A DNA stretch of 64,000 nucleotides. It comes from Squalus acanthias (Eukaryota). The notes beneath the pieces were generated by a model. That model worked only from the letters and a program-made list of their open reading frames with translations, had not been told where the DNA came from and searched no databases. A program made the translations under genes and the position numbers. Positions 26,700 through 40,515 of the stretch are shown one piece after another; position 1 is the first letter of the stretch, and each line of letters begins with the position of its first letter. The DNA lies in contig CM059432.1 of the NCBI GenBank assembly GCA_030390025.1, positions 92,940,001-93,004,000 of the forward strand. Direction: 5' to 3'.

Positions 26700-27050
26700 T
26701 TTAACCATACAGATCAGGTTTCATCCCTGGTTTGTGCACAATTAGCTAAATGCAGCTGAAGCAATGGGTAGGGCACTAATAATTGGCTTTACACCCCTGG
26801 GTTGGAGAAGGGAGTAAGAGTCAGGATTGCTGCTTCTGAGCACTGTCCAGTAACACCTGCTGAAAATGCATATCTCCAGATATGTGGTGAGAGGATAGGT
26901 TTGGGCTCTATTGTGACGTGTTCTATTTGTAAATAGCCTATCAATATTCATTAGACACTTGGGCAAGGTTCTGCTGGGTGCTTGCGGAATAATGCCCCAT
27001 GAATTAATCAATGCTTTTGGGAGAGGAGGTTGGAGAGGGGGAATCTGGAA
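26700..27050 (+). mobile_element. Old tRNA-derived SINE (related pieces at ~18330-18570, ~24250-24460, ~37730-37815, ~44390-44640)
   Basis: Shared motif ccatacagatca(a)gg...ctggtttgtgc among copies. Confidence 0.5.
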
Positions 27051-27093
27051 GCCATAAAACAAAATGTTATTGATGTAATTATTCTCTTTCCAG

Positions 27094-27162
27094 CTGGAAC
27101 TTCAGATCAATTCAGATTTGGACTGTTACAAGAAGCGCATAATAGAGAAACCTGGTTAAATG
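27094..27162 (+). CDS. ZBTB10: ZBTB10 69-bp internal exon (AGTSDQFRFGLLQEAHNRETWLNG)
   Basis: ctctttccag|CTGGAACT...TTAAATG|gtaagt; phase 1-1; joins the flanking exons in frame; resembles recalled human ZBTB10 GTSHDFKYGL...QETWENG. Confidence 0.85.
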
Positions 27163-28139
27163 GTAAGTATTTTTCCAAGTAACTCTTGGAGAAATTGCTG
27201 TGTTTAACCCAAAGTAATAAGCAGATACTACATACATAAATGTGTATTTAAAAAATGTTGTGAATGGAGTACGCTTCCTGTCCACAAACTGGTACTTTTT
27301 TATATCATGATTTCACATTGCAAGATGCTTTGTAAACATTTCTAATGGGAATTCCAATGTAAAAAAACAATGTAAAGTGGAATTTCTATTTCAAAGATGA
27401 AAAAAAAATTACATGTTCCCCAATAACACATTTATCCATTGAATTCTTTTGTATCTTTAATGCCTTCAATAGAATTTTTAATTGAAGGCAACAGCCGCTC
27501 CTAAAAACTTGAGCGTAGACTTGATATTTTTGTGCAGAGCTATGACTGAGCTGAAGCCAAATAATGCAGTCTCATGGTACGCAGTGTACCAATTTCCCAC
27601 GATCCGTCATTACTATTTAAGTATCCAAACTGGAATATTTTTCTAAAGCTTCTAACAGTTTCTGGTCAGTTATTCAGAATTTAAAAAAAAAATGAAGATA
27701 AATTTCTAAAACATGAGTCAAAGTTTATATTTGCTTAGCACAGAGAGGTTGTGTGTGTGTGTATATACATGTGTGAGACAAATAAGAGACAATACTGATT
27801 GCAAACCTGATGTAGCTTTTATGTCTATAAACATCAGAAAATCTATTAGATGGCGTGTCTTTATCTCGCCCTAATTTATTTCCCCAAAAAATGTTGAATT
27901 ATTACGCAAATGGAATGTCTTCAGTGTCACATGATTATCACATTTGTTTCATTGATATTGTATAATTACCATTATTTAACCTCTCTCGCCCACACACCGC
28001 AGCCACCCACACCAGTCAGTGAGTGTCTTTCGGCATAATTTGACTCCATTTTTAAATTTAAAAAAAAACAAAGCAAGCCGAAATATTCTATATCATTTGT
28101 GGCTTGTGTTTTATTGATAGTAATTTTCTTACAGCTGTG

Positions 28140-28715
28140 ACAGAGGGAGAGATGGAGGGGTGAAACAGACATCCAGGAACCAATCGTGAAACACCAAATT
28201 CAATGTTTGCAGAGATCCCTTAGAAGGTCACTAACTAGTGCCCCACCAAACATGGAATCCCCTCGCTAAACCTCCGATTTCAGCCTCCGGTTTGCTTTCC
28301 GCTGTGATGCTAGACCAAAGGAACCATTCATGCTTGTAAACCCCAGGAGTAGCACTGCAAATTCCATGACCCCTGCCCAAATACGCCAAAGCCTAGGACC
28401 ATCCCCCAGTGCTACCAAAGCACATGCCTACATTTTGCATGTATTCAGCTTATGGTAAGGGAGAAAAATTAAATACATAATAAAGGAAAAAATATATAAA
28501 AGGAGTGGTTTTCACAAAATAATGGACAGAGTTGTGGAATTCAATCCCCAAAGCACCAGTAAAGATTCCAGAGTACCATTTAATAAAAAGTAGAATGTGA
28601 CTTATTCAGTCACTGTAAATCAGTGTTATGATGTTGTGCCCTATATGGTATAAATAATCGTATTATAAAACAGTTAATTCTCCTACTTGTGACCACACCT
28701 CAGGAAATCTACTTT
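28140..28715 (+). mobile_element. Additional degenerate copy of the Helitron-like 3' half
   Basis: ttattcagtcactgtaaa shared with ~14512; ends gtgaccacacctcaggaaatctact. Confidence 0.5.
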
Positions 28716-28899
28716 CTTTTATTTTATGTTTTATATATTTTGTTCTTGGATAATTGTGTAACTGCACTGCAGTAAGGCAAATGGAATTTTAATGGGTAAG
28801 TGTTTTCAGTGTGGTCATCGCAGTCTTAATGCCTCAATTGAGTTAATGGTTTTAATGCAATATATTGAGGGAAAATATAAAAACTGTATGATATGGTCA

Positions 28900-29580
28900 T
28901 AAGAACAAAAGAAATAGGAGGAGTAGACCATTCGGCCCCTCGAGTCTGCTCCGCCATTCAATAAGATCATGACTGATCTGATCTTGACCTCAAATCCACT
29001 TTCCTGCCTGCTCCCCATAACCCTTGATTCCCCTGTTTTTCAAAAATCTGTATCTCCGCCTTGAATATATGCAATGACTCAACCGCCACAGCTCTCTGGG
29101 GTAGAGAATTCCAAAGATTCACAACCCTCAGAGAAGAAATTCCTCCTCCTCTCCGTTTTAAATAGGCAACCCCTTATTCTGAAACTATGCCCCCTAGTTC
29201 TAGATTCCCCCACGAGGGGAAACATCCTCCCTGCATCTACCTTGTCAAGCCCCCTCAGAATCTTATATGTTTCAATAAGATCACCTCTCATTCTTCTAAA
29301 CTCCAATGAGTATAGGCTCAACCTTTCCTCATCAGACAACCCCTTCAACTCCAGAATCAACCTAGTGAAAATTCTCTGAACTGCCTCCAATGCAAGTATA
29401 TCCTTCCTTAAATAAGGACACCAAAGCTGTACGCAGTACTCCAGGTGTGGTCTCGCCAGTACAGTTGTAGCAAGACTTCCCTACTTTTACATCCCCCTTG
29501 CAATAAAGGCCAATATTCCATTTGCTGTACCTGCATGCTAACTTTTTGTATTTTCTGTACAAGGACACTCAGATCCCCGG
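28900..29580 (-). mobile_element. CR1 LINE 3' end
   Basis: EAVQRIFTRLILELKGLS...RGDLIETYKILRGLDKVDAGRMFPLVGESRTRGH. Confidence 0.9.
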
Positions 29581-30589
29581 TCATGGTGGCAATTGTGCTG
29601 CATATAGGATTGCCTCGAAATGAACACTTTATTTGCATGCCTTCACACAGTTTGAATATCTATCTTATTGTGGTGTACAGTTCTGAATACTTTCATTCTT
29701 TTTAAAGGACTTTCTTTGTTATACTAGACTGTAATTTTGCTCTGCAAATTTGTTTACAAATAAAAATTAAAGATGAGTATAAAAATGTACCAAGTAGATT
29801 CCAATTCTCTGTTGGTTTACTTCTGAGATTTCTAAAATAGAGTGCTCTAAAATCTGATTCTGTTGTCAGTTTTAATGTAGAAAAACATTTTGCAGAGGGT
29901 TCTTAAAAATAATCTGCAGACTAGTTCCTAAAAAAAATACTGACCATTAACATGATAATACAGTCCATTTCATCTATGAAACTGTTTTGTGATGGGCATA
30001 TGGATTTTTCCCACAGAAAACTAATCTAACCAAGTTGTTTGATAGATCAGAAACTGTAGTCGCTTCACCAGATTTGGAAGTTGCACTTTTTACCTAGGCC
30101 ATCTTTATTTGCCACTTTCAATCCCCTGTGAGTGCTGCCAGGCCTCCTCCTCTGAGTTTCCCAGCTGCCATCACCCATGAGATTTGGCGCACCCAGACCA
30201 TCTGCTCTGCTCTGCACCCACACCCTGGCCCGACATGGAGGCTGTCTACTTTCTTTCAGTTCCTACTGTATCTGTCTAGAAGAGACGGAGGGAAGGAAAG
30301 ACTTGGCAAGCAAGGAAAAGTCAGATGCAAGCAGTGAGAAGTGTCTGCAAGAGCTGTACACAAAAAAAATGACACAAACAAAAGGGAGTGGGACAAAGAA
30401 TCAGGCAGCAGGAAAGAAGCACAAATAGTTATAGAAAGACACCATTTTTGGGGCACATGCATAACGCACTGTGTTACTGGGGACAATGCTCCTGTATAAC
30501 AGTAGCTTTGTGAGAAATCTTTAGGGAGGTATACATTTTTGATGTTTCTGCAGAGTGTAAAGCCTCCCAAATCCATGCCCATCTTTCAT

Positions 30590-31920
30590 GGAGCTCCATG
30601 TTTGAATCCACCCATCCATACCGAAACTGCTCTTATCAAAGTCACAAATGACATCCTTTGTGACTGTGACAAAGGTAAACTATCCCTCCTCGTCCTTCCT
30701 GATCTGTCTGCAGCCTGTAATACGATTGACCACATCATCCTCCTCCAACGCCTTTCCACCACCGTCCAGTTGGGTGGGAATGCACTCGCCTGGTTCCATT
30801 CTTATCTATTTAATCGTAGCCAGAGAATCACTTGCAATGACTTCTCTTCCTGCTCCTGCATCATTACCTCTGATGTCCCTCAAGGATTTATCCTTGGCCC
30901 CCTCCTATTTCTCATCTACATGCTGCCCCTCTGCAACATCATCCCAAAAACACAGCATCAGTTTCCACATGTACGCTGACAACACCCAGCCCTACCTCAC
31001 CACCACTTCTCTTGATCCCTCCATTAAATTTTCAGACTGCTTCTCCGACATCCAGTACTGGATGAGCAGAAATTTCCTCCAATTAAATATTGGAAAGAAC
31101 GAAGCCGTTGCTTTCGGTACCCCCCATAAACTCCGTTCCCTCGCCACCGACTCATCCCTCTCCCTGGCATCTGTCTGAGGCTGAACCACACTCTTCGCAA
31201 CCTTGGTGTCATATTTGACCCTGAAATGAGCTTCCAACCACATATCTGTGCCATAACTAAGACTGCCTATTTCCACCTCCATAACATCACCTGTCTTTGC
31301 CCCGCCTCAACTCATCTGCTGCTGAAACCCTCATCCATGCCTTTGTTACCTTGACTATTCCAAGGTACTCCTGGCTGGCCTCCCACTTTCTACCTTGCGG
31401 AAACTCGGCTGCCCGTGTCATAACTCGCACCAAGTCCCGTTCACCCATCACCCCTGTGCTCGCTGACCTATATTGGCTCCCGGTTAAGCAACGACTCGAT
31501 TTTAAAATTCTCATCCTTGTTTTCAGATTCCTTCATGGCCTCGCCCCTCCTTAACCCTGTAATCTCGTCGTCTCTCTCCCCCCCCCCCCCCCCCCCCCCC
31601 CCCCAAAGATATCTGCGCTCCTCTAATTCTGGCCTCTTGAGCATCCCTGATTTTAATCACTCAACCATTGATGGCTGAGCCTTCAGTGCCTAGGCCCTAA
31701 GCTCTGGAATTTCCTTCCTAAGCCTCTCCGCCTCTCTACCTCACTTTCCTCCTTTTAAGACGCTCCTTAAAACCTACCTCTGACCAAGCTTTTGGTCATC
31801 TGCCCTAATTTCTCCTTATGTGGCTCAGTGCCAAATTTTTGTCTTGTAACACTCCTGTGAAGCACCTTGGGATGTTTTACTACATTAAAGGTGCTATATA
31901 AATACAAGTTGTTGTTGTTG
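30590..31920 (+). mobile_element. L2-type LINE, RT to 3' tail
   Basis: TETALIKVTNDIL...DLSAA..TIDH..LLQRL, VPQG.ILGPLLF, YADNTQ, LYWLPVKQRLDFKIL; (gtt)n tail. Confidence 0.9.
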
Positions 31921-32989
31921 TTTGGCTCAGGGTTGTGCATGCATGGGCCTACCCTGCCCTTGCAGATAGTATTTTTATGCAAATATCTGGTGGCAGTTTA
32001 TTTGGACCATACTCAACTTCTTTTATTTAATTATTTTATGCTTTACCTTCCTGGTTTTATTTAAATTACATACATTTCCATGTACTTTTGCAATAATTGA
32101 GAATCGGGGGGCAGGGGGTGGAATTAAAAAGTGTTACAAGTGAAGATTCTTGCATTTCTTTTTCTTGATTACTAGCCACTTCAAATATTTTGTCTACGAG
32201 GAGCAATGTATCCTTAATATACAAAGTTCACTTTCCAGATTCCTCACCTGGTCTATGACAATTAACATATTAAATGATTACCAGATGCCAGTTCCCCATT
32301 TTTGGCCCAACTCTGCAGCCAGTCGTCTCATTCCTATCTGTCAGGTTGCCTGTTTGTCACCTCTGGTACTCTGCCTCCAGCATATCTCCAGCTTCCTTCA
32401 ATGTTGTGCTCCTGTGAATGTAAGGCAGTAGTTGCTGTTTTCAACTTTTCACCCAGCATTCCTCTCCTAGCTTCTTCCTGGCTTTCCTTCTTGGTGTTTC
32501 AGTCCAGCCTGTGCTTTCTTCTAGGTACTGGTGTCCTGGTCTCACCTGCCTCCCAACCGCTGTGTTTTCTCACACCCACACGTTGCAGCAGCTCTGAGAT
32601 ATGTCAGTAGTACTGGAGATCGTGGCTCCAGATCAATGCAACAGTGACCGGAAGGCCATATAACCTTGAGTAGCGATGCATTCTATCTCAGTTCCCAGCC
32701 CCCATTCCCTCCCAAACCCACTTCCTCTTGGCCTAGATTTGCTGACCCCTGCCTGGCTCTTTCCTTCATGTCTAGCAACAGATGAAATTATTTCAGCTGC
32801 CTGTGGGTCAGAGCCCAAAATCTAGTTGCACATCTCCTTGGGAGGTGAGATGAAAGAGTGAGAGACATACTAATTAAATTAATGGGTCTGACATAAAAGA
32901 TATTTTTCAGGAAATCACATTGAAATGTAGTTGACACTATTTATAGATTTCTAGAATGCATTTGGTGAGGTGCCGCATTGGTAATCTGT

Positions 32990-33960
32990 TATGAAAATTA
33001 AGGCACATAATATTAAAAGGAATATAATTGTATGGACAAAGAAGGGTAGGGGACAGAAAGCAAAGAGTAGTAATAAATGAATGTTTTTCAGATTGGTGAG
33101 ATGTGGCTAGAGGTATACCCTAGGGATCTGTGCTTGGAGTTCTTTAGTTTTCCACTTATAGAAAGGAAAAGAGGAACGATGGTGAAGTTTGCTGATACCA
33201 TTTAGTGGGTATGGCGAACTATGAGGGAGACTGCAGATTTTGCAGGAAAACAGAAACTAGTGGAGTGGGAAGGTCGGTGGTAGTTACAGTTTAAAGCAGA
33301 GAAATGGAAGAAGTACACTTTTGGAAAAAGAATAGTGAAAGAAAGTGTGCCTTAAATGGTAATCCTCTTAACCAAATAGAGGAGCAGAGAGTTCTACGGC
33401 TGGTGATGCATAGATCTTTCAAGGTGGGAGTGCAGGAAGTAAAGGCCATAAAAATGCCAATGAGCTTCTGGGTTTAATACTTGGGGACATTGAATGCAAA
33501 GGCAAGGAAATTATATTGAATTTGTACAAAATATTGGCTGGGCTACTGTTGGAGTATTGCATGCAGTTTCAAACACCTAATTTTAGGAAGGGTATTAGAG
33601 CTATGAAATGCTTTAGCAAAGCTTCACTAGATTGATCAGCCATGATCTCATCGAATGGCGGAGCAGGCTCGAGGGGCCGAATGGCCTACTCCTGCTCCTA
33701 TCTTCTATGTTTCTATGATGCCAGGAATAGGAGGTTATAGTTGTCAAGAAAAATTGGGGGTGGGGGGGAATTTCTCACCGGAGATTTGCAAAATGATGAA
33801 TGATTTTGAGAGAGTAAACAGTGGAAGATTGGTTTTTCTTGTGGTTATATCTGTGAGGAGGGGGCTTAGACTGAGGATTATCATGGTTGGGCAAATTAGA
33901 TAATTTTCACACGGTTCTACCACAAGTGAAGATGATAACATTTAAAAGGGAATTAAGTAA
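32990..33960 (+). mobile_element. Old CR1 LINE with a short younger tail inserted at ~33633-33716
   Basis: Degenerate GVPQGS/KFAD/LEYCMQF-like motifs; the insert is flanked by TGAT. Confidence 0.65.
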
Positions 33961-34009
33961 TTATGATGGAGGGAAGGTCATTTAATGTCAGAAATGGGGT
34001 GTTCGGTGC

Positions 34010-34885
34010 TGAGTGTTCAGTTCCGTTCGCAACTCCTCAGATAATGAAGCAATCCATGCCCGCATGCAGCAAGACCTGGATGACATTCAGACTTGGGTTG
34101 ATAAGTGGCAAGTAACATTCGTGCCACACAAGTGCCAGGAAATGACTATCTCCAACAAAAGAGAGTCTAACCACCGCCCCTGACATTCAACGGCATTACC
34201 ATCGCCAAATCCCCCACCATCAACATCCTGGGGGGGTCACCATTGACCAGAAATTTAACTGGACCAGCCACATAAATACTGAGGCCACAAGAGCAGGTCA
34301 GAGGCTGTGTATTCTCCAGCGAGTGTCTCACCTGCTGACTCCCCAAAGCCTTTCTACCATCTGCAAGGCACAAGTAAGGAGTGTGATGGAATACTCTCCA
34401 CTTGCCTGGATCAGTGCCGCTCCAACAACACTCAAGAAGCTCGACACCATCCAGGACAAAGCAGCCCGCTTTGATTGGCACCCCATCCACCACCTTAAAC
34501 ATTTACTCCCTCCACCACCGGTGTACCGTGGCTGCAGTGTGAACCATCTACAAGATGCACTGCAGCAAATCGCCAAGGCTTCTTCAACACCTCCTCCCAA
34601 ACCCGCGACCTCTACCACCTAGAAGGACAAGGGCAGCAGGCGTATGGGAACACCATCACCTCCAAGTTACACACCACCCTGACTTGGAAATATATCTCCG
34701 TTCCTTCATTGACGCTGGCGCAAAAGTCTGTAACTACCTCCCTAACAGCATTATGGGAATACCTTCACCACACAGACTGCAGTGGTTCAAGAAGGTGGCT
34801 CACCACCACCTTAAGGGCAATTAGGGATGGACAATAAATGCTGGCCTTGCCAGCGACGCCCACATCCATGAACGAATATTTTTTT
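34010..34885 (+). mobile_element. Zenon-like LINE 3' fragment (same family as 18640-20090)
   Basis: AQVRSVMEYSPLAWISAAPTTLKKLDTIQDKAAR and the same tail. Confidence 0.9.
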
Positions 34886-36708
34886 AAAAATTAAAAAAAA
34901 TTTGGAAAGGATAAACATCATAATACGTAGAAACAGCAGGGAAATGCGATTTGAGTAGTTGGCTCCAGTTGAAGGGTTGATACTGTCACAGACATGATGG
35001 ACCAAATGGGCTCCCACTGCCATAATTTATGTAAGAAACATTTTCTACTGAAATCAGAGTTTTAGATTTGTTTTCGAGTAACATATTTGAAAATTTGCAA
35101 ATGGACAGCTAATTCTCAACAGTCTATCCTGTGAAGGTTAAGTTTAGTTTACATCTTTCAACAAGTGAAGCAATCTATAGAAGGCAAGGTATTCAGATAA
35201 CTTAAAGGTGATGCAAAATATATTGAGCATTCTTGGAGTTTGAACAGCTGGACCTAAATGGAAATCTTGCTTGTAAGCAGATTGGCTTACTGAATTTGAA
35301 GTTTAGTTATGTTGAAATGGAAACCAGTAGCTGAAACTCGAATTCTTAAGTGCAGCTTCATAACTCTTTTGCATTGAAAGAGTAATACCTTATTCAGAAT
35401 CCAGTGGGAAAGACTGTTCTGACAAATTGGGAGAGTAGCTTCGCACAAAGTGGGAGGAATACTACAAAATTCATTATTATCTAAATCCCATTATTGACCA
35501 ATTCTATATTGTAACGTCCTTGGATTAGGAACAGAAGATGGTTCTTGCATTGAAATTTTATGCATGAGTTGGAATTGTCCTGTCTTCAGTTACTGCTACT
35601 TGTGAATAAAACTAATAAAAATAAAACATTGGTATACTCAAGAGTATTGTGCATTTGTTGCAGATAGAACATGCCTGAGCAATTCTGCAAGTGAACAGGC
35701 TGCAATTGTCCTTGTAATTATAATGCAATCTCTGCTGGCTCCAGATTCTGTGATCATTCTGTTAAATTTCAATGCACAGCAGAATTAATTCATTTAACTT
35801 TCACTACAACCAGATCTATTGTATGACTTTTTTGGAAATGCAAAGCCTGGTCTAGACTCATTGCTGAAAGATGATACAAGATTATCAAATCTTGTTTCTT
35901 CATGTAGAAATCAAATGGTCTGGGTCAACACGCCACTTCTTCACTCCCAGGTCCGATAGAATTGGCAATGAGCATGGTGTTTAGAAGAGCGTTGCACTGA
36001 TTTTAAAAGGCACTGACGCTTCTGCTCCCAAAAAGCAACCTCCCACAAAATCTGTCAAGTCAGTCCAGTTTGTAGATTCAGCTGTCAATCAAGTCCATTG
36101 CTAACCGCATTTGTCTGAGTTATGACCAATTGTTTTGCTGGGAGAGGGGGTGGGTGTCAAACCCACCTCAAAATAATTTCAAAGGTAAGTGCTACAAAAG
36201 CCAGTAGCTTCCACAAACTGTAGGTAAAATTTTAATAGTTGCATTTATCTGAGGAGAGGGAAGACATGCAAAATTGAGATGACGATAGTTATGTTAAAAT
36301 TTCTGCTTTTTTCGGTCCATTCTATGGCCAAGCAGTTTTAGGAACATTGCTTGTAAAGCCTACCATATATAGTAAGTAGTCCGCTTAAACCTGTTGAACG
36401 CACTAGGTCCCCTATACTCCGTATATATGCAAAGAATAACGGGGGACTGTTGCAACTGACTGAATTGTGTCTCTAATGCATACTTTTTATGCTGTGTGCA
36501 AAATGATGTGCAGTCTATCCAGATATCTGAATTCCAAGAATTTTCAGTTGTACAAAAAGGCTTGATTAACATAGTTTTTTTTGTGCATCATGTAGAGAAA
36601 GTATTTTCATTGTTGGCAATATCGTGCAATATCAGTAACTGAAAATAAAATATTCAAAGTTTTAATAGAAATGTAGTAAATATACTGTACATGAATTCTG
36701 TCTGCTAG

Positions 36709-36884
36709 GTGATGCTTCAATTGGTAGTCAAAACAAGTTCAAGTGCCCGCATTGTAATTACATTGCCAAGTATCGACGCACGTTGAAGAGGCATCAGCTA
36801 ATACATACTGGAGTGCGGTCCTTTGCTTGTGACATCTGTGGAAAGTTATTCACTCGAAGAGAGCATGTAAAGAGACATTCCTTG
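36709..36884 (+). CDS. ZBTB10: ZBTB10 exon encoding the two tandem C2H2 zinc fingers
   Basis: tctgctag|GTGAT...; encodes [50 protein letters not shown]; donor TTG|gtaagt; 176 bp, phase 1-0. Confidence 0.95.
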
Positions 36885-37814
36885 GTAAGTACAATTGCTG
36901 TTTTCAAGAATTATACTTACGTGGATGAAGATTTTAGAATCTTGTGCTTCAAATTGGGCATAAGTTTATTTGAAGACAAACATGGTTGTATATCATACAG
37001 GTTTCGTTTTGCTCGAATCAATGAATGTTCCTTCCCTTAAATGAAAACTAGATAATGCTGAGCCATTTATTTCAGGGGCTATTTTTATTTTGTTAATTGT
37101 ACTTTACATAGCAAAAGATTGGTGAGGGGGATATATTTAATTTATAATAGGCAGCATTTATATTGCTATTCAACAAAATTTAAAAACCGGACAAAGTAGT
37201 AAATGAGCTCCTTGCACTTGTTCGAGGTGAGGGTGGAGGGGAAAGGGGTTGAAGAAGACTGTTGGTAATGGAGTAAAGCAGTTAGGGCATTATCTTTGTT
37301 TTCCAGGATTATGGAGTAGTGGGAGGTTTTGGCAGAGCAGAGTGAGGCCCAATAATGCTTGATGTGTCTGGATGATACTACTAGTTGCGCGCCAGATACA
37401 CTCAAGTCTTGCCCCTTGGCTTGGACTTGAGGAAAGGAAGATGGGGGCTATATCGGGAACAACCAGGATGGGAGAGAATAAATGTTTTGCTGTGGACAAG
37501 GGCATCAAAGGTGGAGATGTGAAAGTGGTTGGTTGAGCAAATCAACCACTGCAGAAGTATTGAGGCAAATGGAGGACCAAAGACTAGGCAGTTGTGGGTT
37601 TGAAACTGTGTTTGTAAGTGACTAGGGAGAGATGCTACACATGCAGTTTCCAATGAGCAGTCATTGGAGAATGAGCAGGAGCAGAAATTCTGGCCAATTT
37701 TTCTTAACAAGGAGACACCAGCGCAATTGTATTCCCACCATCAACTGAGATTGGCTAACTCATCGTGAACCAGGTGCTAGACTTGGAACCACCTTATTCT
37801 ATAATGCTTAGCTA

Positions 37815-38460
37815 CAACTGGACTGGGCCAGCCACACAAATACTGTGGTAACAAGAGCAGGTCAGAGGCTAGGTATTCTGTGGCGAGTGTCTCACCTCCT
37901 GACTCCCCAAAGCCTTTCCACCATCTACAGGGCACAAGTTAGGAGTGTGATGGAATACTCTCCACTTGCCTGGATGAGTGCAGCTCCAACAACACTCAAT
38001 AAGCTCGACACCATCCAGGACAAAGCAGCCCGCTTGATTGGCACCCCATCCACCACCTTAAACATTCACTTCCTCCACCACTGGTGTAACGTGGCTGCAG
38101 TGTGTACCATCTAAAAGATGCACTGCGGAAACTCGCCAAGGCTTCTTCGACAGCACCTCCCAAACTCGCAACCTCTACCAGCTAGAAGGACAAGGGCAGC
38201 AGGCGCATGGGAACACCACCACCTCCCAAGTTCTCCTCCAAGTCACACACCATCCTGACTTGGAAATGTATTGCAGTTCCTTCATTGTCACTAGGTAAAA
38301 ATCCTGGAACTCCCTCCCTGACAGCACTGTGGGAGTACCTTCACCACAAGAACTGCAGCGGTTCAAGAAGACGGCTCACCACCACCTTCTCCAGGGCAGT
38401 TTGGGATGGGCAATAAATGCAGGCCTTGCCAGCAACGCCCACATCCCTGGAATGAAATAA
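37815..38460 (+). mobile_element. Zenon-like LINE 3' fragment, apparently inserted into a SINE
   Basis: RAGQRLGILWRVSHLLTPQSLSTIYRAQVRSVMEYS. Confidence 0.9.
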
Positions 38461-38499
38461 AACAAGCATTTACCCACTGAGCCATCAGATGAGTTAAAG

Positions 38500-38715
38500 A
38501 AAGAAAGAACTTGCAGTTATATAGCGCCAACCAATTTACACACAGCAAGGTCCCATAACCAGCAATAAAATAAATGTTGGCCAGGACACCGGGAGAACTC
38601 CCCAACTTTTCTAATAGTCCAACTGAGAGGGGAGACGGGGCCTCGGTTTAACATCTCCTTTGAACCCACAACCTTCTGACTCAGACGAGAGTGCTCCCAC
38701 TGAGCCAAGGCTGAT
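38500..38715 (-). mobile_element. Deu-domain SINE
   Basis: ggccaggacaccgggagaactcccc...gacggggcctcggtttaacatctc. Confidence 0.7.
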
Positions 38716-38859
38716 GATGTCAATTGAGTTGGATACTAATTTCTTTGAAGGGCGGCTTTTCCATATAGGAGGTGGAAATTCTTGGTTATGCGTGAAGGAT
38801 GAAAGAATGAATATTGTGCATTTGGATGTCTCTTCCTGACATTTCACACTATCTCTAAA

Positions 38860-40515
38860 TATTATAATCTCTGCAACTCTTGTCAGTAAATTTGAGACCA
38901 TCTATTCAACTGCATCTGCTGCTTCCCCTTCCCCTTGTCCACCAAGCCAAACCTCTCCCCAGGCTCCCTTCTGCCCTAGCCCTGAACCCTTTCTTTAGTT
39001 TATCCCCAGTCTCCCTTCATGCACTCTACAAGCTCACTTCACCCCATTTCCATTAAACTGCTGACCACCTAACATTCATGCCAGCTGACACTGTAAGTGG
39101 TTCCTTCTCAGGAATTGTCCCCCTCCCTGTCAAAACTACTGTCATTACCCCCACCTCAAAAAAGCCACCTTACCCACTCTGTCCTTGTAAAGCACTGCCC
39201 CATCTCCAACCTCCTCCTCCCTAAAGTCCTTGAACATGTTGCCTCCCAAATCTGTGCCTATCTTTCCCGACTCCATGTTTGAATCGCTCTGATTAGGTTT
39301 TCATTACTGCCACATCACTGGAACAAGCCCCAATCAAAACCACAAATGACCTCCACTGTGACCGTGATATACTATTAAAGGTCACAGGTGAGGAGAGATA
39401 ATGTCAACCACACCACCTTCCATCAACGTTTCTCCTCTGTTGTCCAACTCGGTGGGACTGCCCTTGCTTGGTTCCACTCTTAACTATTTGATCATAGCCA
39501 GAGCGTCTCCAGCAATGACTTCTCTTCCTGTCCCTGCACCACTACCTCCAGAGTCCCCAAGGATCTATCCTTGTCCCTTACTCTTGCTTATTTACATGCT
39601 GCACTTTGGTGTCATCATCCCAAGACATGGGGTTAGCTTCCACAAGTACGCTGACCAAACCCAGCTCTACCTCTCCCATCACCTCTCAATCCCTCCTCTG
39701 CCTGTTTTATCATACTGCTTGTCCAACATGCAATCTTGGATGAGCCACAATCTCTTCCAGTTAAACATTAGGAAGACCAAAGCTATTGTCTTCAACCCTT
39801 GCCATGATTTCCATTGTCTCAGGCTGAACCAGACTGTCCACAACTTTGGCATCCTCATCAACCCTGCGATGAGCATCTGACCCCATATCCTCTCCATCAC
39901 AAAGTTTGGCTGCTTCCACCTCTGCCTGTACCTCAGTCCATCTGCCACTGAAACCCTCATCCATGTCTTTTTCACCTCCAGACTCACTCTCTTCCAATGC
40001 TCTCCTGGTTGGCCTCCCATCCTCCACCTTCCATAAACTTCAGCTCATCCAAAACTCTGCTTCCCATATCCTTTTCCACACCTGTCCTTGTTGACCTACA
40101 TTGGCTACCTGTCCCCCAGTGTCTTCAATTTACAATTCTTATCCTCATGTTTAAATCCATTCATGGCCATACCCCTTCCTCTCTCTAACCTCCTCCAGCC
40201 TTGCAAACTGCCCCACACTCTGTTCTCCAGCTCTGATGTTATGGATTTCTCCCCCCCCCCCCCCCCCCCCACACCCACTTTTGACCCATCTTTAGTGGCC
40301 ATGTCTTCAGTCGCTCTGGATTTCCCTCCCGAAACACTCTGCCTCTCCACCTTCCTCTTATTTAAGACCCCCCTTAAAGCCCACCTCTTTGAACAAGCTT
40401 TTGGTCACCCCCTCCTAATATCTGTTGGCTCGGTGTCTATTTATTTTGATTATATCTCTGAAGCACTTTGTGATGTTTTTCTACATTTAAGGCGCTATAT
40501 AAATGCAAGATGTTA
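38860..40515 (+). mobile_element. Degraded L2-type LINE
   Basis: PISNLLLPKVLEHV, FHKYADQTQLYLS, LHWLPVPQ; tail aaggcgctatataaatgcaag. Confidence 0.85.
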
